This document shows, in pieces, positions 21,022 through 31,632 of a stretch of DNA of 64,000 nucleotides; position 1 is the stretch's first letter; each line of letters starts with the position of its first letter. A program made the translations under genes and the position numbers. Origin of the DNA: Ostreococcus lucimarinus (taxonomy: Eukaryota); NCBI GenBank assembly GCA_000092065.1, contig CP000601.1. One strand, 5' to 3'. Below the pieces are notes generated by a model, which saw only the letters and a list, made by a program, of their open reading frames with translations, searched no databases and was not told where the DNA came from.

Positions 21022-22396
21022 GTGGAGAGTTTGCTTAAGCCCGACGCGGGAAGAGATGATATATTCCACGCCGCGGGTCAAGGGTTAGCTGGTGTCGGAG
21101 GCGACGTCGTAGCGATTGGTTGGTGGGACTCACGCGGGGTAGAAGGCACGTCCCCGCAACTTGAATTGCAGGCGCTCAACGACGGCGCCAGGGCACAACT
21201 CATAGGGGTGGTGCTCTTGGCGCTTAAAGAAGGGCTCGAGAACATAGAAGAGAGCAACGGAAGCTTGCGTGAACTCATTCAAACAGTGGCTAGGGTCTCC
21301 GCGAATGATTGGATGAATTCGATGGCGCTTGACATCGGCGCCAAGGAGCGGTGCGCTCGGGTGGTTCGCGTGGCCGGAGACGTGGCCGATGAAAAAATTT
21401 GGCAGAACGGTACGTATGATCTCGCTTTCGTCTTCGACCGAGCTGATCGCGTTTTTCACAGGAGAAATACTTGAAGGAAGTAAGATGGCTTTGTATGCCG
21501 GAGTGATGATGTATTTGGCCAAGGTACGTCTAACTTTCGCTGAGCTTCACAAATATTTATTTAATTATTCTGAATTATTTCAATCATCGCAGAACTCCAA
21601 TCGAACGGACAATATTTCCGAAAGCGTTCAAGTCGTTGAGAAATCGACGAAAATTAACACTCAAGACGTCGAACCGGTGCTGGAATTCTTCAATTCTCCT
21701 ATGGCTTCGGTGTGCGTTTCGGTTTTGCAGGACGTGGTATTAAATATTGCCGACTCCGTGGCGTGTGCTTACGTGACGTGTGCGCGTGAAAGCGGGCTAC
21801 AAGCGCCTGTAAATGGTGGAGTCGCACGTACGGAGGACACAGGAGCGGTCGTGCGCATTCCACCGTTCAGAGACGCGTTGAGCGTTCGCTTGAAGAGCAC
21901 ACGTTCGTTGGAAAAATTTCGAAATGAAACATCATTGCGCACGTGGCTTGCACGCAATTATTACGACGTGGTCGCGATGTACGAAGATTGGCATAAATTG
22001 TGGGGCATGAATGCAAACGGCGAGGTACGTATCTCCGCGCGACGGCGCGTTTGAATTAATTTTTTAATTTGTCGCTGAAATTAATTATTTTTCACACAGC
22101 TCGTGACGAGGAAAATTCACGTTTGTCGCCAGCCAGAGCTCGCAAAGGTGAAGGGATTTCGTTTAGCTGTTTCTATGATAATAGAACTCGCTGATGTGAG
22201 CCTTCCCTTGTTCAGAAGCGCACTGAACAACTGCAGCCGGGTGGCTTCTTGGTTACTGGTGACATTAATTGGTGCGTTTGAAATTAATTATTTTGTGCAT
22301 CGACTTACTCTCTCTAACGCAGGCCGTTCGCTTGGATTGGTGTATCGTGGAATCAAAGAAAGCATGGACCCTCAAAACAGAGTGAAATTCACGTAG
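21022..22396 (+). CDS. Multi-exon gene of unknown function (at least 5 exons; small AT-rich introns)
   Basis: Consecutive plus-strand ORFs (21022-21409, about 21462-21525, about 21591-22025, about 22099-22272, about 22323-22396) are separated by short GTACGT/GTGCGT...CAG intervals rich in A/T. Exons are lower-GC than neighbouring genes. No family recognised. Confidence 0.45.
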
Positions 22397-22514
22397 TAGA
22401 CGACAGGCAGCACGGGGCGATCGCTTCTACGCTGGGGAAAAAATTAATAATAAATGACTCCCGTCATATGTCACTACAGCACTGTAAAATCTAATGAGGA
22501 GAAAACGTCTCATG

Positions 22515-24161
22515 CTAATCGTCTTCCTCGCTATCCTCTTCCTCGTCGTCTTCCTCGTCCTCGTCTTCGTCGTTATCGTCGGTTTCGTAATCTACTTCAT
22601 CGTCCTCCTCGTCTTCCTCCTCGTCTGCGCTGGCTGACTTTTTCGGCGCAGGTTCGGAGTCTTCATCCTCACCTGGGTTCACGAAGCCGTCTTCCAACAC
22701 CCAGCCGTGCTGTAGGAGTAACTCATACACACGAATAGCCTTGAGTGGGTCTACTTTGAACATATTCCGAACGTGATTTCTGTTGAGCGGCTTTTCGGAC
22801 TTGAGACCCTCTCGCATCAACTCCACCTTCATCGAGAGATACTGCACAGGCAATAAGCGACAGCTCCTGCACAACTCCTTTTCGTCGTCGTTCAAAAGGT
22901 CTACGCCTGGAAGATCGGCGAGATCAAGTGACAAGTACATTCGACGGCGAGGACCTAAGCTCGACGTACGAGGCGTCGGGATCACGGATACCGTCTTGTC
23001 TTCGTCGTTCATGCGAGTCAACTGCTCATTGATTTGTGTGGCATCTCGCACGATGAACTTGTTCGCTCTGGCTATGTTCTTGCTAGTTGGATGCTCGATC
23101 GCGTGTAGACGAGCGAACTCCGTCTCACGACGACGCTTCTCCAAATCGTAATCCTCGCCCTCTGCGATGGTATGAATACCATTGCGTCTGTACTCTTTCA
23201 GTTCGGTGATGCGGGTTCGGATTCGGTGCTCCGCGGCGAGACCCTCGAGCAAGACGTCGTACTCGGTACTCGTGAGAAAGCGTGCAAATATACGCATGGT
23301 GCCGTGTAAGTCGCGCTCGTATTGTGAACGCTTCTTTTCCACGTTTTGTTGCTTTTTCACGTTCAGCAGATTGCGTTCGAGAATGAATTGTTTTCTTCTC
23401 GCTCGTTCTTGAAGCCGGCTGTTGTAGATTTCAATCATTCGCAGCTTCATCTGGACGTCTTCTTCGGTGTCGTTTTCGCGAAATTCCATCTCCGCCAGGG
23501 GAAGTTCGGCATCCATGTCGTATTCGGGATCGAACTCATTGCGCTTGATGTTGTAACCTGTGAGTTCCTGCACGTTGCCCTCCGTCTTCACTGCGTTCGG
23601 GTTAGCAAGCGATTCGAGAAGCTTCTCCTCCTCCTCCACATCCTTATTTTCGTTCGCCTTTTGCTCCGCCTCCGCTTTGAGCTCGTCTGATGTCATACGC
23701 GCGACGCCTTTTCCTAAAATCTTCGACATATCCGGTAACGGCGCGCAAGGAGACTTGACGTAGACTTCAAAATAGTGCGCGTGACACTGCGCGCGCGTCT
23801 TCGTCCCGACGTGTTCGCTCACCTCGGTCCAGTTCCCCAACCCGAACATCTCCACTGCCTCCAGCAATAACAACTCTTCGTCAGCCCCCCAATCTCGCGT
23901 GAACAGCGGAAACGACATGTTGTCGATGACGTGATACTGATGATACGCCTTGTGCGGGTGCGGCTCCACGCCGACCGCGAAGCACTCCGTGCACAGATCC
24001 ACGTTTGCGCACTCCGCGCACCGTACGCGCACCACGTTCGAGATGTCCTTTTGGCAATAGTTACAGTTAAACAGTGCGCACGACTCCCCGTTCCCACTCA
24101 GCTTCGTCATCGCGTTTTCCGTCGCCACCCGTCGCCGTTTCGGCACGAGCGCGCTCGCCAT
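22515..24161 (-). CDS. ADA2: Transcriptional adaptor ADA2 (ZZ zinc finger + SANT + SWIRM)
   Basis: ZZ finger FNCNYCQKDISNVVRVRCAECANVDLCTECFAVGVEPHPHKAYHQYHV, SANT WGADEELLLLEAVEMFGLGNWTEVSEHVGTKTRAQCHAHY, and C-terminal SWIRM-like LLPVQYLSMKVELMRE...IRVYELLLQHGWV. Confidence 0.85.
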   Translation of the reverse strand: MASALVPKRRRVATENAMTKLSGNGESCALFNCNYCQKDISNVVRVRCAECANVDLCTECFAVGVEPHPHKAYHQYHVIDNMSFPLFTRDWGADEELLLLEAVEMFGLGNWTEVSEHVGTKTRAQCHAHYFEVYVKSPCAPLPDMSKILGKGVARMTSDELKAEAEQKANENKDVEEEEKLLESLANPNAVKTEGNVQELTGYNIKRNEFDPEYDMDAELPLAEMEFRENDTEEDVQMKLRMIEIYNSRLQERARRKQFILERNLLNVKKQQNVEKKRSQYERDLHGTMRIFARFLTSTEYDVLLEGLAAEHRIRTRITELKEYRRNGIHTIAEGEDYDLEKRRRETEFARLHAIEHPTSKNIARANKFIVRDATQINEQLTRMNDEDKTVSVIPTPRTSSLGPRRRMYLSLDLADLPGVDLLNDDEKELCRSCRLLPVQYLSMKVELMREGLKSEKPLNRNHVRNMFKVDPLKAIRVYELLLQHGWVLEDGFVNPGEDEDSEPAPKKSASADEEEDEEDDEVDYETDDNDEDEDEEDDEEEDSEEDD

Positions 24162-24288
24162 GGCGCCGAATGCGATGCCGAACGCCGATGCCGATGCGTC
24201 GCGTTACCTCCGCGTCCGCGTTCCCGTCGCGCGCGTCCTCGACGGTCGTGCGCGCGCTCACTCGCGTGCGTTCACGCGCGACTCGCGC

Positions 24289-24289
<1 letters not shown>

Positions 24290-24333
<44 letters not shown>
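24290..24333. repeat. (GTC)n microsatellite
   Basis: About 14 perfect GTC units in the ADA2/RACK1 intergenic GC tract. Confidence 0.9.
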
Positions 24334-24338
<5 letters not shown>

Positions 24339-24479
24339 TGAAACGACCGCGCGCGTCGGGACGTCGTGAGACCGCCCGCGGTGTCAAACACACGGACCAT
24401 CACAATCACCCGCGCGCGCGACCGGGTGGATGGCGCGCGCGACGACGTCCGCCTCTACGCGACGCGTTCGACGCGCGAC

Positions 24480-25753
24480 ATGGCGACTCAAATGCAGCTC
24501 AGAGGCGTGCTCAAGGGGTGCGTCGCGCGAATCGATGATCCGAGCGCGCGTCGCGTCGCGTCGACGGCGAACGCGCGGCGAACCGATCGTTCGTGGAATA
24601 GGGTCTGCGCCATCGAACGAGGCGGACGTTGACGCTCGCGGCGGCGGCGCGCGGCGATGGGACGCGCGACGACGGCGACGCGTTCGTGCGATGATTATTT
24701 CACGCGTCGAACGCGCGTCGTCTCGAGCGCGTGACCGTTCACGCGAAACGGACTCGAGCTCGACGAGCTCGATCACGACGTCGAACGACGACACTAACCC
24801 ACACGTTTTTTTCATTTCCGCGCAGGCACGAAAACTGGGTCACGTCCATCGCGACTCCGTTGGATAACTCTGACATTCTCTTGTCGTCCTCGCGAGACAA
24901 GACGGTGATCCTTTGGAACCTGACGCGCGAGGAAGAGAACTACGGTTACCCGCGCCGATCGCTTCACGGACACTCGCACTTCGTGCAAGACGTCGTCATC
25001 TCCTCGGACGGGCAATTCGCGCTCTCGGGGTCTTGGGACGGCACCCTTCGATTGTGGGACCTTAACACCGGTACCACCACCCGACGCTTTGTCGGACACA
25101 CCAAGGATGTCCTTTCGGTGGCTTTCTCCGTGGACAACCGCCAAATCGTCTCCGGCTCCCGGGATAAGACGATCAAGTTGTGGAACACGCTCGGCGAGTG
25201 CAAGTACACGATTCAAGACGCCGACGCGCACTCCGAGTGGGTGTCGTGCGTGCGCTTCTCCCCGGTCACCTCCAACCCGATCATCGTGTCTGGGGGCTGG
25301 GATAAGCTCGTCAAGGTCTGGAACCTCACCAACTGCAAGATTCGCACCAACCTTGTTGGTCACACCGGCTACATCAACGCCGTCACCGTCTCTCCGGACG
25401 GTTCCTTGTGCGCCTCCGGCGGCAAGGATGGCGTCGCCATGCTTTGGGATCTCGGCGAGGGCAAGCGATTGTACTCCCTCGATGCGGGTGACATCATTTA
25501 CGGCTTGTGCTTCTCCCCCAACCGCTACTGGTTGTGCGCGGCGACCGAGTCCTGCGTCAAGATTTGGGACCTCGAATCCAAGTCCATCGTCGACGAGCTC
25601 CGCCCGGAGTTCCCGCCGGTTGGCAAGAAGTCCCAACAACCGTACTGCACCTCCCTCCAATGGTCGGCGGACGGTTCCACCCTCTACACGGGCTACACCG
25701 ATAACGTCATTCGCGTTTGGTCGGTCGGTTCCGTGGGCACCGGCATGATGTAA
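24480..25753 (+). CDS. RACK1: RACK1 (guanine nucleotide-binding protein beta-subunit-like, WD40); two exons: 24480-24517 and 24826-25753
   Basis: Exon 1 encodes [13 protein letters not shown] and ends at GTGCGT (24518). The 308-nt intron has a CACTAAC branch point and polypyrimidine...CAG acceptor at 24823-24825. Exon 2 continues in frame [30 protein letters not shown]...[32 protein letters not shown]..., a canonical RACK1. Confidence 0.85.
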
Positions 25754-25901
25754 GCGGCTCACGCTTACTGGCTTTCGTTCACGTTCTTAGCAAATAGCGA
25801 GACTGTGTAATTGAACGAAGCAACGCCTGCTCAAACCAAATTCCTAAACGCGCATTCAACTAAAATTACACATCATCGCGCCGCATCTAATCGTGACGTA
25901 G

Positions 25902-26678
25902 CTATCGTCTTCGTTTCACGCCCGTGCTCGGACCGTCCTCGTCCATGTCCTCGTCCTCGTCGACGCGCTCGGCGACGTCCGGCTCGGCGGCTTTGAGTTG
26001 TTTCTTCGTCTCCTCTATCGCGGCGTTGAGCTCGTCCTCGCGCGCCAGTGATTCCGCTTTTTCACTCGACACGTACGCAATTTGCTCATTCAAACTCGCC
26101 AACATCGTTTCCGTTATCGCGTGCCACCGCGAGACGTCCGCGATGACGCCGTCGAGCGCGCTCGCTCGCGCGTCTCTCGCCTTCGCGCGTCGAACCCGTA
26201 AAACTTTATTTTTCGGATCGAGCCTTCCCCACACGATTTCTCCCAGGCACTCGTCGACGATGAACTTTTCCATCGCGCGTTCGCTCGTGAACTCCAGCTC
26301 TCGCATCAATCGTACGTACGCGATCGTCCCTCCCTCCGCGCACAGCGCGCACGTCGACAGTCGCTTCAGTTTCGCCTCCTCGCGCGTCGTCAGCGTCGGC
26401 AACTTTTCGTTTGCCGCTCGCGCGCGATATTCGCGCAGCGTGCCGTGCGCGAATATTTCCACCATCGCGCGCACCTCCGCCGCGCACTCGAACCCCTCCG
26501 TGCGCTCCATGGCGTGCAGTATCTTCGTCACGCGCATCGCGTCGCGCGCCTCGAGCGCCTCGCCGAGCGCGTCGCGATCGAGCGTCTTCGTCGTCGCGAT
26601 CGACGTCGCGCACCGCGTCACCGCGCCGTCGTCGGGCGTCATCGACGCCATCGCATCGTCCTCGTCGTCGGCGCGCAT
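25902..26678 (-). CDS. PCI-domain protein, COP9 signalosome subunit 7-like
   Basis: IFAHGTLREY...LPTLTTREEAKLKRLSTCALCAEGGTIAYVRLMRELEFTSERAMEKFIVDECLGEIVWGRLDPKNKVLRV resembles the CSN7 PCI/winged-helix region. Coiled-coil and acidic C-terminus. Confidence 0.55.
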   Translation of the reverse strand: MRADDEDDAMASMTPDDGAVTRCATSIATTKTLDRDALGEALEARDAMRVTKILHAMERTEGFECAAEVRAMVEIFAHGTLREYRARAANEKLPTLTTREEAKLKRLSTCALCAEGGTIAYVRLMRELEFTSERAMEKFIVDECLGEIVWGRLDPKNKVLRVRRAKARDARASALDGVIADVSRWHAITETMLASLNEQIAYVSSEKAESLAREDELNAAIEETKKQLKAAEPDVAERVDEDEDMDEDGPSTGVKRRR

Positions 26679-26810
26679 CGCGAGCGAACGACGCGCGCGA
26701 GTGTCGATCGATCGGCCCCGAATCCCAATCGCGCCATCTGTTCATCCATCCATCCACGCATCCATTCTTCTCTCCGCGGTCACATCGCGACGTCGGCGCG
26801 GTCGAGGGCG

Positions 26811-29414
26811 ATGCGAGGCGGACGACGCGACGCGATGCGCGCGCTCGCGCGACGATGCGCGGGCGCGACGACGGGCGCGACGACGGGCGCGACGACGACG
26901 ACGACGACGACGACGACGGCGCGGCGGTTACCGCGCGCGCGCGAGCGACGGGTCGAGCGGGACGCGGGACGCCGCGCGCTGGCGACGCGGGCGGCGCGGG
27001 ACGTCGAACTGACGTGCGCCGCGTTCGCGGTGTGGGGGGCGAACACCGCGGTCGGGAAGACGCTGGTGTCGGGAGGACTGGCGCGCGCGGCGCGGAGCGC
27101 GGAGGCGGGGACGCTCTTCGTGAAACCCGTGCAGACGGGATTCCCAGAAGATTCAGACGCCGCGTTCGTGGCGCGCGTGAGCGGTGGCGTGGAGAGCATG
27201 GGCGAACACGCGGCGGTGGCGGCGGGAGAAACGGCGAGGAAAGGATTAGAGGGCGATCGAGGGGCGTGGGCGCACACCGAGTTTGCGTGGCGACGCCCCG
27301 CGGGGCCGCACGTGAGCGCGGCGGAGGAGGGGAGAGGCGTTTTAGACGATGACATCGTGCGAGCGACGTCGAGATATTTGAGAGAATTCGCGGAAAAAAT
27401 GCGAGCGAACGAATCGGGGCAGCAGCGAGCGTTGGCGCTCGTCGAAACCGCGGGAGGGGTGGCGAGTCCGGGGCCGTCGGGAACGCTGCAATGCGAGCTT
27501 TTGCGCGGGCTACGATTGCCAGCCATACTCGTGGGTGACGGGCGTTTGGGCGGGATATCTGCCACCACGGCCGCGTACGAATCACTGCACGCGAGAGGGT
27601 ACGACATCGTCGCCATCGTCATGGCGGACGATGATGGTTTGGCCAATCACAAAGCCATGGCAAAGATTTTGCCGAGCGAAACCCGCGTCTGGGCGCTTCC
27701 GCCTCTGCCCCCAGAAGGACAAGCGGACGCTTGGCTCGAAGACTCAAAGCACACGTTCGACGATTTACTGAAATACATCACAAAATGGCACGACGATCGC
27801 ATCAAAACTCTGCAAAGTCTTCCAGACGAGGCTCTGACGAAGATTTGGTGGCCGTTTACGCAGCACGCGATGGTGGAGCGCGACGCCGTCACGGTGATCG
27901 ATGGGAGATATGGTGAAGATTTCGCAATCTACGCCCAAAACACGCACTCATCGAAAGATGGCTCCATAGTACTTCGCTTTGATGGTTCAGCGAGTTGGTG
28001 GACGCAAGGTTTGAGTCCAGAATTGCAGCAAGAGTTGGTTCGCACCGCGACGCATGCGGCGGGACGATTCGGGCACGCGATGTTTCCAGAAAACGTGCAC
28101 CAGCCCGCCGTGGACGCGACGACGGCATTATTAGAAGGACCTGGGAAAGGTTGGGCAGCTAGAGCATTTTATTCCGACAACGGATCGACTGCGACAGAGG
28201 TTGGGTTGAAAATGGCTTTTCGCAAGTTTTACGTCGACGCAGGCTTTGTGTCTAAAGACGGCAATCAGAGAGCGAAAGATCTCGTCAACAAAGGAGCCGA
28301 TGACTTACCTCCGCTGCGAATAATAGCATTGGATGGTTCGTATCACGGTGATACTCTCGGTGCGATGGATATGCAATCACCGAGCGTTTTTACGGGTCCA
28401 ATGCAAACGCCCTGGTACCAACCTCGCGGACTGTTCCTTCAGCCTCCGAGTTTAGCGATCAGAGAAGGACGTTGGAACGTGGCGTTGCCGCGTGATGGAT
28501 TATTGAACGACGGCGATCGACTCTTCCGCGAAGGCAAAGATGTGGATGAGAACACCAGTTGGACTAGCAAGGAGGCGGCTTTCAACATCGCTGCGCGTCT
28601 CGACAGCCCGCTCGCAAAAGAATACAAAATTGCGATCGACAAAGTCTTAGAACGCGCCGCGAAAGACGCCAAGGATAATAACATGGGTCACGTCGGGGCT
28701 TTAATCATGGAACCCGTGCTTCACGGTGCAGGTGGGATGGTTTTGATTGATCCGTTGTTTCAAAACATTCTCATGAAGTCGTGCCGCGAGCGAAAGATTC
28801 CAGTCGTCTTGGACGAGGTATTTGCTGGCATTTGGCGATTAGGCACGGAAGGTGCGTGGGAAATCATAGGCGAAAAACCCGATATTTCGTGCTACGCAAA
28901 ACTTCTCACTGGTGGGCTCATTCCCATGTCAGCCACGCTCGCGACGGCGGATGTCTTCGACGCTTTTTACGGCCCTGGAAAAGCCCAGGGCTTGTTACAC
29001 GGGCACTCGTACACGGCATACCCCATGGGATGCGCCGTGGCGGCGAAAGCGCTTTCTATGTACAAAGACCCCGCGAAAAATCGCAACGTGATCGTCTCAA
29101 AGTCTTCGAGTACGGGCGAGCCTACGTCGGTGCTTCGCGAGCTCTGGGACGAGGACGCGTTGAAGAAAATTTCCACTTTGAGCAACGTTCGCCGAGTCAT
29201 CGGTCAGGGTTGTGTCCTCGCCGTCGAGCTCGAGGTCGAAGGTGAAGGTGGTTATAGCTCCAACGCCGCTCGAGACGTCGTCATGCGTCTTCTTCCCCAC
29301 TCCATCCAAGCGCGTCCTCTGGGTAACGTCGTCTACCTCATGTGCGCGCCGACGACGTCCAAAGACGCGTGCGACGTCCTCTTGAGCGCGCTCGCGACAG
29401 AGCTCGCGGCGTGA
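26811..29414 (+). CDS. Bifunctional dethiobiotin synthetase / 7,8-diaminopelargonate aminotransferase (BioD-BioA fusion, plant BIO3-BIO1 type) with transit-peptide-like leader
   Basis: N-terminal BioD P-loop domain (FAVWGANTAVGKTLVSGGLA...FVKPVQTG). C-terminal class-III PLP aminotransferase (FYSDNGSTATEVGLKMAFRKF, ALDGSYHGDTLGAMD, LIMEPVLHGAGGMVLIDPLF, VVLDEVFAGIWRLG, KLLTGGLIPMSATLA). ORF opens at 26445 in a GC tract; start ATG 26811. Confidence 0.85.
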   Translation: MRGGRRDAMRALARRCAGATTGATTGATTTTTTTTTARRLPRARERRVERDAGRRALATRAARDVELTCAAFAVWGANTAVGKTLVSGGLARAARSAEAGTLFVKPVQTGFPEDSDAAFVARVSGGVESMGEHAAVAAGETARKGLEGDRGAWAHTEFAWRRPAGPHVSAAEEGRGVLDDDIVRATSRYLREFAEKMRANESGQQRALALVETAGGVASPGPSGTLQCELLRGLRLPAILVGDGRLGGISATTAAYESLHARGYDIVAIVMADDDGLANHKAMAKILPSETRVWALPPLPPEGQADAWLEDSKHTFDDLLKYITKWHDDRIKTLQSLPDEALTKIWWPFTQHAMVERDAVTVIDGRYGEDFAIYAQNTHSSKDGSIVLRFDGSASWWTQGLSPELQQELVRTATHAAGRFGHAMFPENVHQPAVDATTALLEGPGKGWAARAFYSDNGSTATEVGLKMAFRKFYVDAGFVSKDGNQRAKDLVNKGADDLPPLRIIALDGSYHGDTLGAMDMQSPSVFTGPMQTPWYQPRGLFLQPPSLAIREGRWNVALPRDGLLNDGDRLFREGKDVDENTSWTSKEAAFNIAARLDSPLAKEYKIAIDKVLERAAKDAKDNNMGHVGALIMEPVLHGAGGMVLIDPLFQNILMKSCRERKIPVVLDEVFAGIWRLGTEGAWEIIGEKPDISCYAKLLTGGLIPMSATLATADVFDAFYGPGKAQGLLHGHSYTAYPMGCAVAAKALSMYKDPAKNRNVIVSKSSSTGEPTSVLRELWDEDALKKISTLSNVRRVIGQGCVLAVELEVEGEGGYSSNAARDVVMRLLPHSIQARPLGNVVYLMCAPTTSKDACDVLLSALATELAA

Positions 29415-29656
29415 TGTAACATTATACTATTTTTGTGTTGTCATCGCGTCGTTTTCGCTCCACTCTCTCCCCCCTCGACGACTTCATCGCGTCGTTTGTC
29501 GAGCACAGTCTCTAAAATCTCGTCCCGGTGCCGAGCGCGGTTCGCGAACCTCGACCGACGTCCCATCGCGAGGTCGTTAAAAATAATCGCGATCGGATTG
29601 CGGCGCGTGTTCGTCGTCATAACGCGTCGTCGTGCGTCGTCAGACTCGCCGTCGAC

Positions 29657-31420
29657 ATGGCTGATCAAGTCATCGTCATCGGCGGTGGTCTCGCGGGCCT
29701 GTCCGCGGCGCACACCGTCATCGAACACGGCGCGCGCGTCGTGTTGCTCGACAAATGTTCCTTCCTGGGCGGGAACAGCACGAAGGCGACGAGTGGGATT
29801 AACGGAGCGTTGACGAAGACGCAGGCGCGGTTGAACATTCCCGACAGCGCTGATAAGTTTGAAGATGATATCATCAAGGGCGCGGCGGGCGTCGGGCACA
29901 CCGAAGCGCCGGCACACACGGTGCCGCTCGCAAAGGTGCTGGCGCAAGGAAGCGGTTCGAGCGTGGATTGGTTGATGGAAAAGTTTAACCTTGACTTGTC
30001 CCTCGTCGCGCAGCTCGGTGGGCACTCGTTCCCGCGAACGCATCGAGGCAAAGAGCGGTTCCCAGGGTTCACGATCACGTACGCCCTGATGGAGGGGTTG
30101 GAGAAGATTATGGAGGAGACGAATGGGGAAATTGCGCGAATCGTGACCAAAGCCGAGGCAAAGCGGTTGCTAAAGGACGGAAGTGGTACCGTGATCGGGG
30201 TGGAATACGAGAAGGGTGGCGCTTTACATCAAGAGTACGGTCCAGTCGTCATCGCTACCGGTGGTTTCGGTGCGGATTACCAGTCAGACTCGTTGTTGAA
30301 AAAGTACCGACCCGACTTGCAGGCGCTGCCGACGACGAACGGTGACCACTGCACGGGGGATGGAATCAAGATGGCCTTGGCCGTCGGAGCGGATACGATC
30401 GATATGGAGTCTGTGCAAGTGCATCCTACCGGATTAGTCAACCCTTCAGAGCCAGATTCCAAGGTGAAGTTCTTAGCCGCCGAGGCGCTTCGAGGCGTCG
30501 GAGGCATCCTCCTGGACGCAGACGGGAACAGATTCGCCGATGAGCTCGGTCGACGAGACTACGTCAGTGGTGAAATGAACAGAAACAAAGGGCCTTTCCG
30601 TTTGATTCTGAACGGCAAGGCTTCAAAGGAGATCGAATGGCACTGCAAGCATTACGTCGGGCGAGGCATCATGAAGCGTCACGATACGGGTGCCGAAGTT
30701 GCAAAAGAAATGGGCATCAGTCCACAAAAGCTCGCCGACACCTTTGCCAAGTACAACGAAGCCGCTCGAACGAAGAAGTGTCCGTTCGGTAAAAAGTTTT
30801 TCACCAACGCTCCGTTCGAAATGAATGATTTCTTTCACTCCGCCATCGTGTGCACCGTCGTGCACTACACCATGGGTGGACTCGCCATCAACACTGATTC
30901 GCAAATCGTCGGGTCGTCAGGACCGATTCCTGGTTTATACGGTGCGGGCGAGGTCGTTGGGGGTATTCACGGCCGTAACCGACTCGGTGGTAACTCTCTG
31001 TTGGATTGCGTCGTCTTTGGTCGCGTCGCGGGTGCCTCAGTTTCTCGACACCTCATGGCGACGGCTATCAAGGCGCTTAGATCTGGTCAATCCGTCGCTC
31101 TTAATCGCGTCGCTAACTTGAACGACAAGATCAACCCATCCATGAGCACGGCGTCCGCCGCGCCAGTGTCTAGCGGTGGCGGTGCTCGCGCTATCACCAT
31201 GGATGAAATCGCGAAGCACAACTCCGAGGGCGACCTCTGGGTCATCATCGAGGGCGCCGTTTACGATCTCACGACTTTCTTGCCCGATCATCCAGGTGGA
31301 AAGAAAGCGATCATGCTCTTCGCCGGAAAGGATGCCACTGAAGAGTTCAACATGCTCCACCCTCCGAACGTCTTGAAGAAATATCTCTCTCCAGACGCGA
31401 AGATTGGAACCGTCGCGTGA
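29657..31420 (+). CDS. Soluble FAD-dependent fumarate reductase (OSM1/FRDS-like flavocytochrome) fused to a C-terminal cytochrome b5 domain
   Basis: FAD motif MADQVIVIGGGLAGLSAAHTV...LLDKCSFLGGNSTKATSGINGA and catalytic region HYTMGGLAINTDSQIV...GAGEVVGGIHGRNRLGGNSL. C-terminal cyt b5 HPGG domain (DLWVIIEGAVYDLTTFLPDHPGGKKAIMLFAGKDATEEF). Confidence 0.8.
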   Translation: MADQVIVIGGGLAGLSAAHTVIEHGARVVLLDKCSFLGGNSTKATSGINGALTKTQARLNIPDSADKFEDDIIKGAAGVGHTEAPAHTVPLAKVLAQGSGSSVDWLMEKFNLDLSLVAQLGGHSFPRTHRGKERFPGFTITYALMEGLEKIMEETNGEIARIVTKAEAKRLLKDGSGTVIGVEYEKGGALHQEYGPVVIATGGFGADYQSDSLLKKYRPDLQALPTTNGDHCTGDGIKMALAVGADTIDMESVQVHPTGLVNPSEPDSKVKFLAAEALRGVGGILLDADGNRFADELGRRDYVSGEMNRNKGPFRLILNGKASKEIEWHCKHYVGRGIMKRHDTGAEVAKEMGISPQKLADTFAKYNEAARTKKCPFGKKFFTNAPFEMNDFFHSAIVCTVVHYTMGGLAINTDSQIVGSSGPIPGLYGAGEVVGGIHGRNRLGGNSLLDCVVFGRVAGASVSRHLMATAIKALRSGQSVALNRVANLNDKINPSMSTASAAPVSSGGGARAITMDEIAKHNSEGDLWVIIEGAVYDLTTFLPDHPGGKKAIMLFAGKDATEEFNMLHPPNVLKKYLSPDAKIGTVA

Positions 31421-31632
31421 TTTGACACGTAACTCGGTCGCCTTAAAACTCGCATCTTGCGCTTATAACAACACTCCATTTACTGTACGTACATCACGGT
31501 TCGATAGCGGTTTTGTCAAATAAAATTCGGACTCACTTTCACGTTATCATTAGCGTGCGTTAAGTTTACAATAACTACTAATTGAAGCGCGTTGCAGATG
31601 TATACTTGATGGGTGCCCGCGCGCGCGGGCAT

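Noticed and set aside
26206-27585. 459-aa minus-strand ORF antisense to the BioD-BioA gene, plus other R-rich antisense ORFs (24067-24393, 34449-34692, 52417-53484, 56048-56818)
   Set aside because: They are antisense to, or overlapping, strongly supported conserved genes, and consist of low-complexity Arg/Pro/Ser runs produced by GC-rich codon complements.
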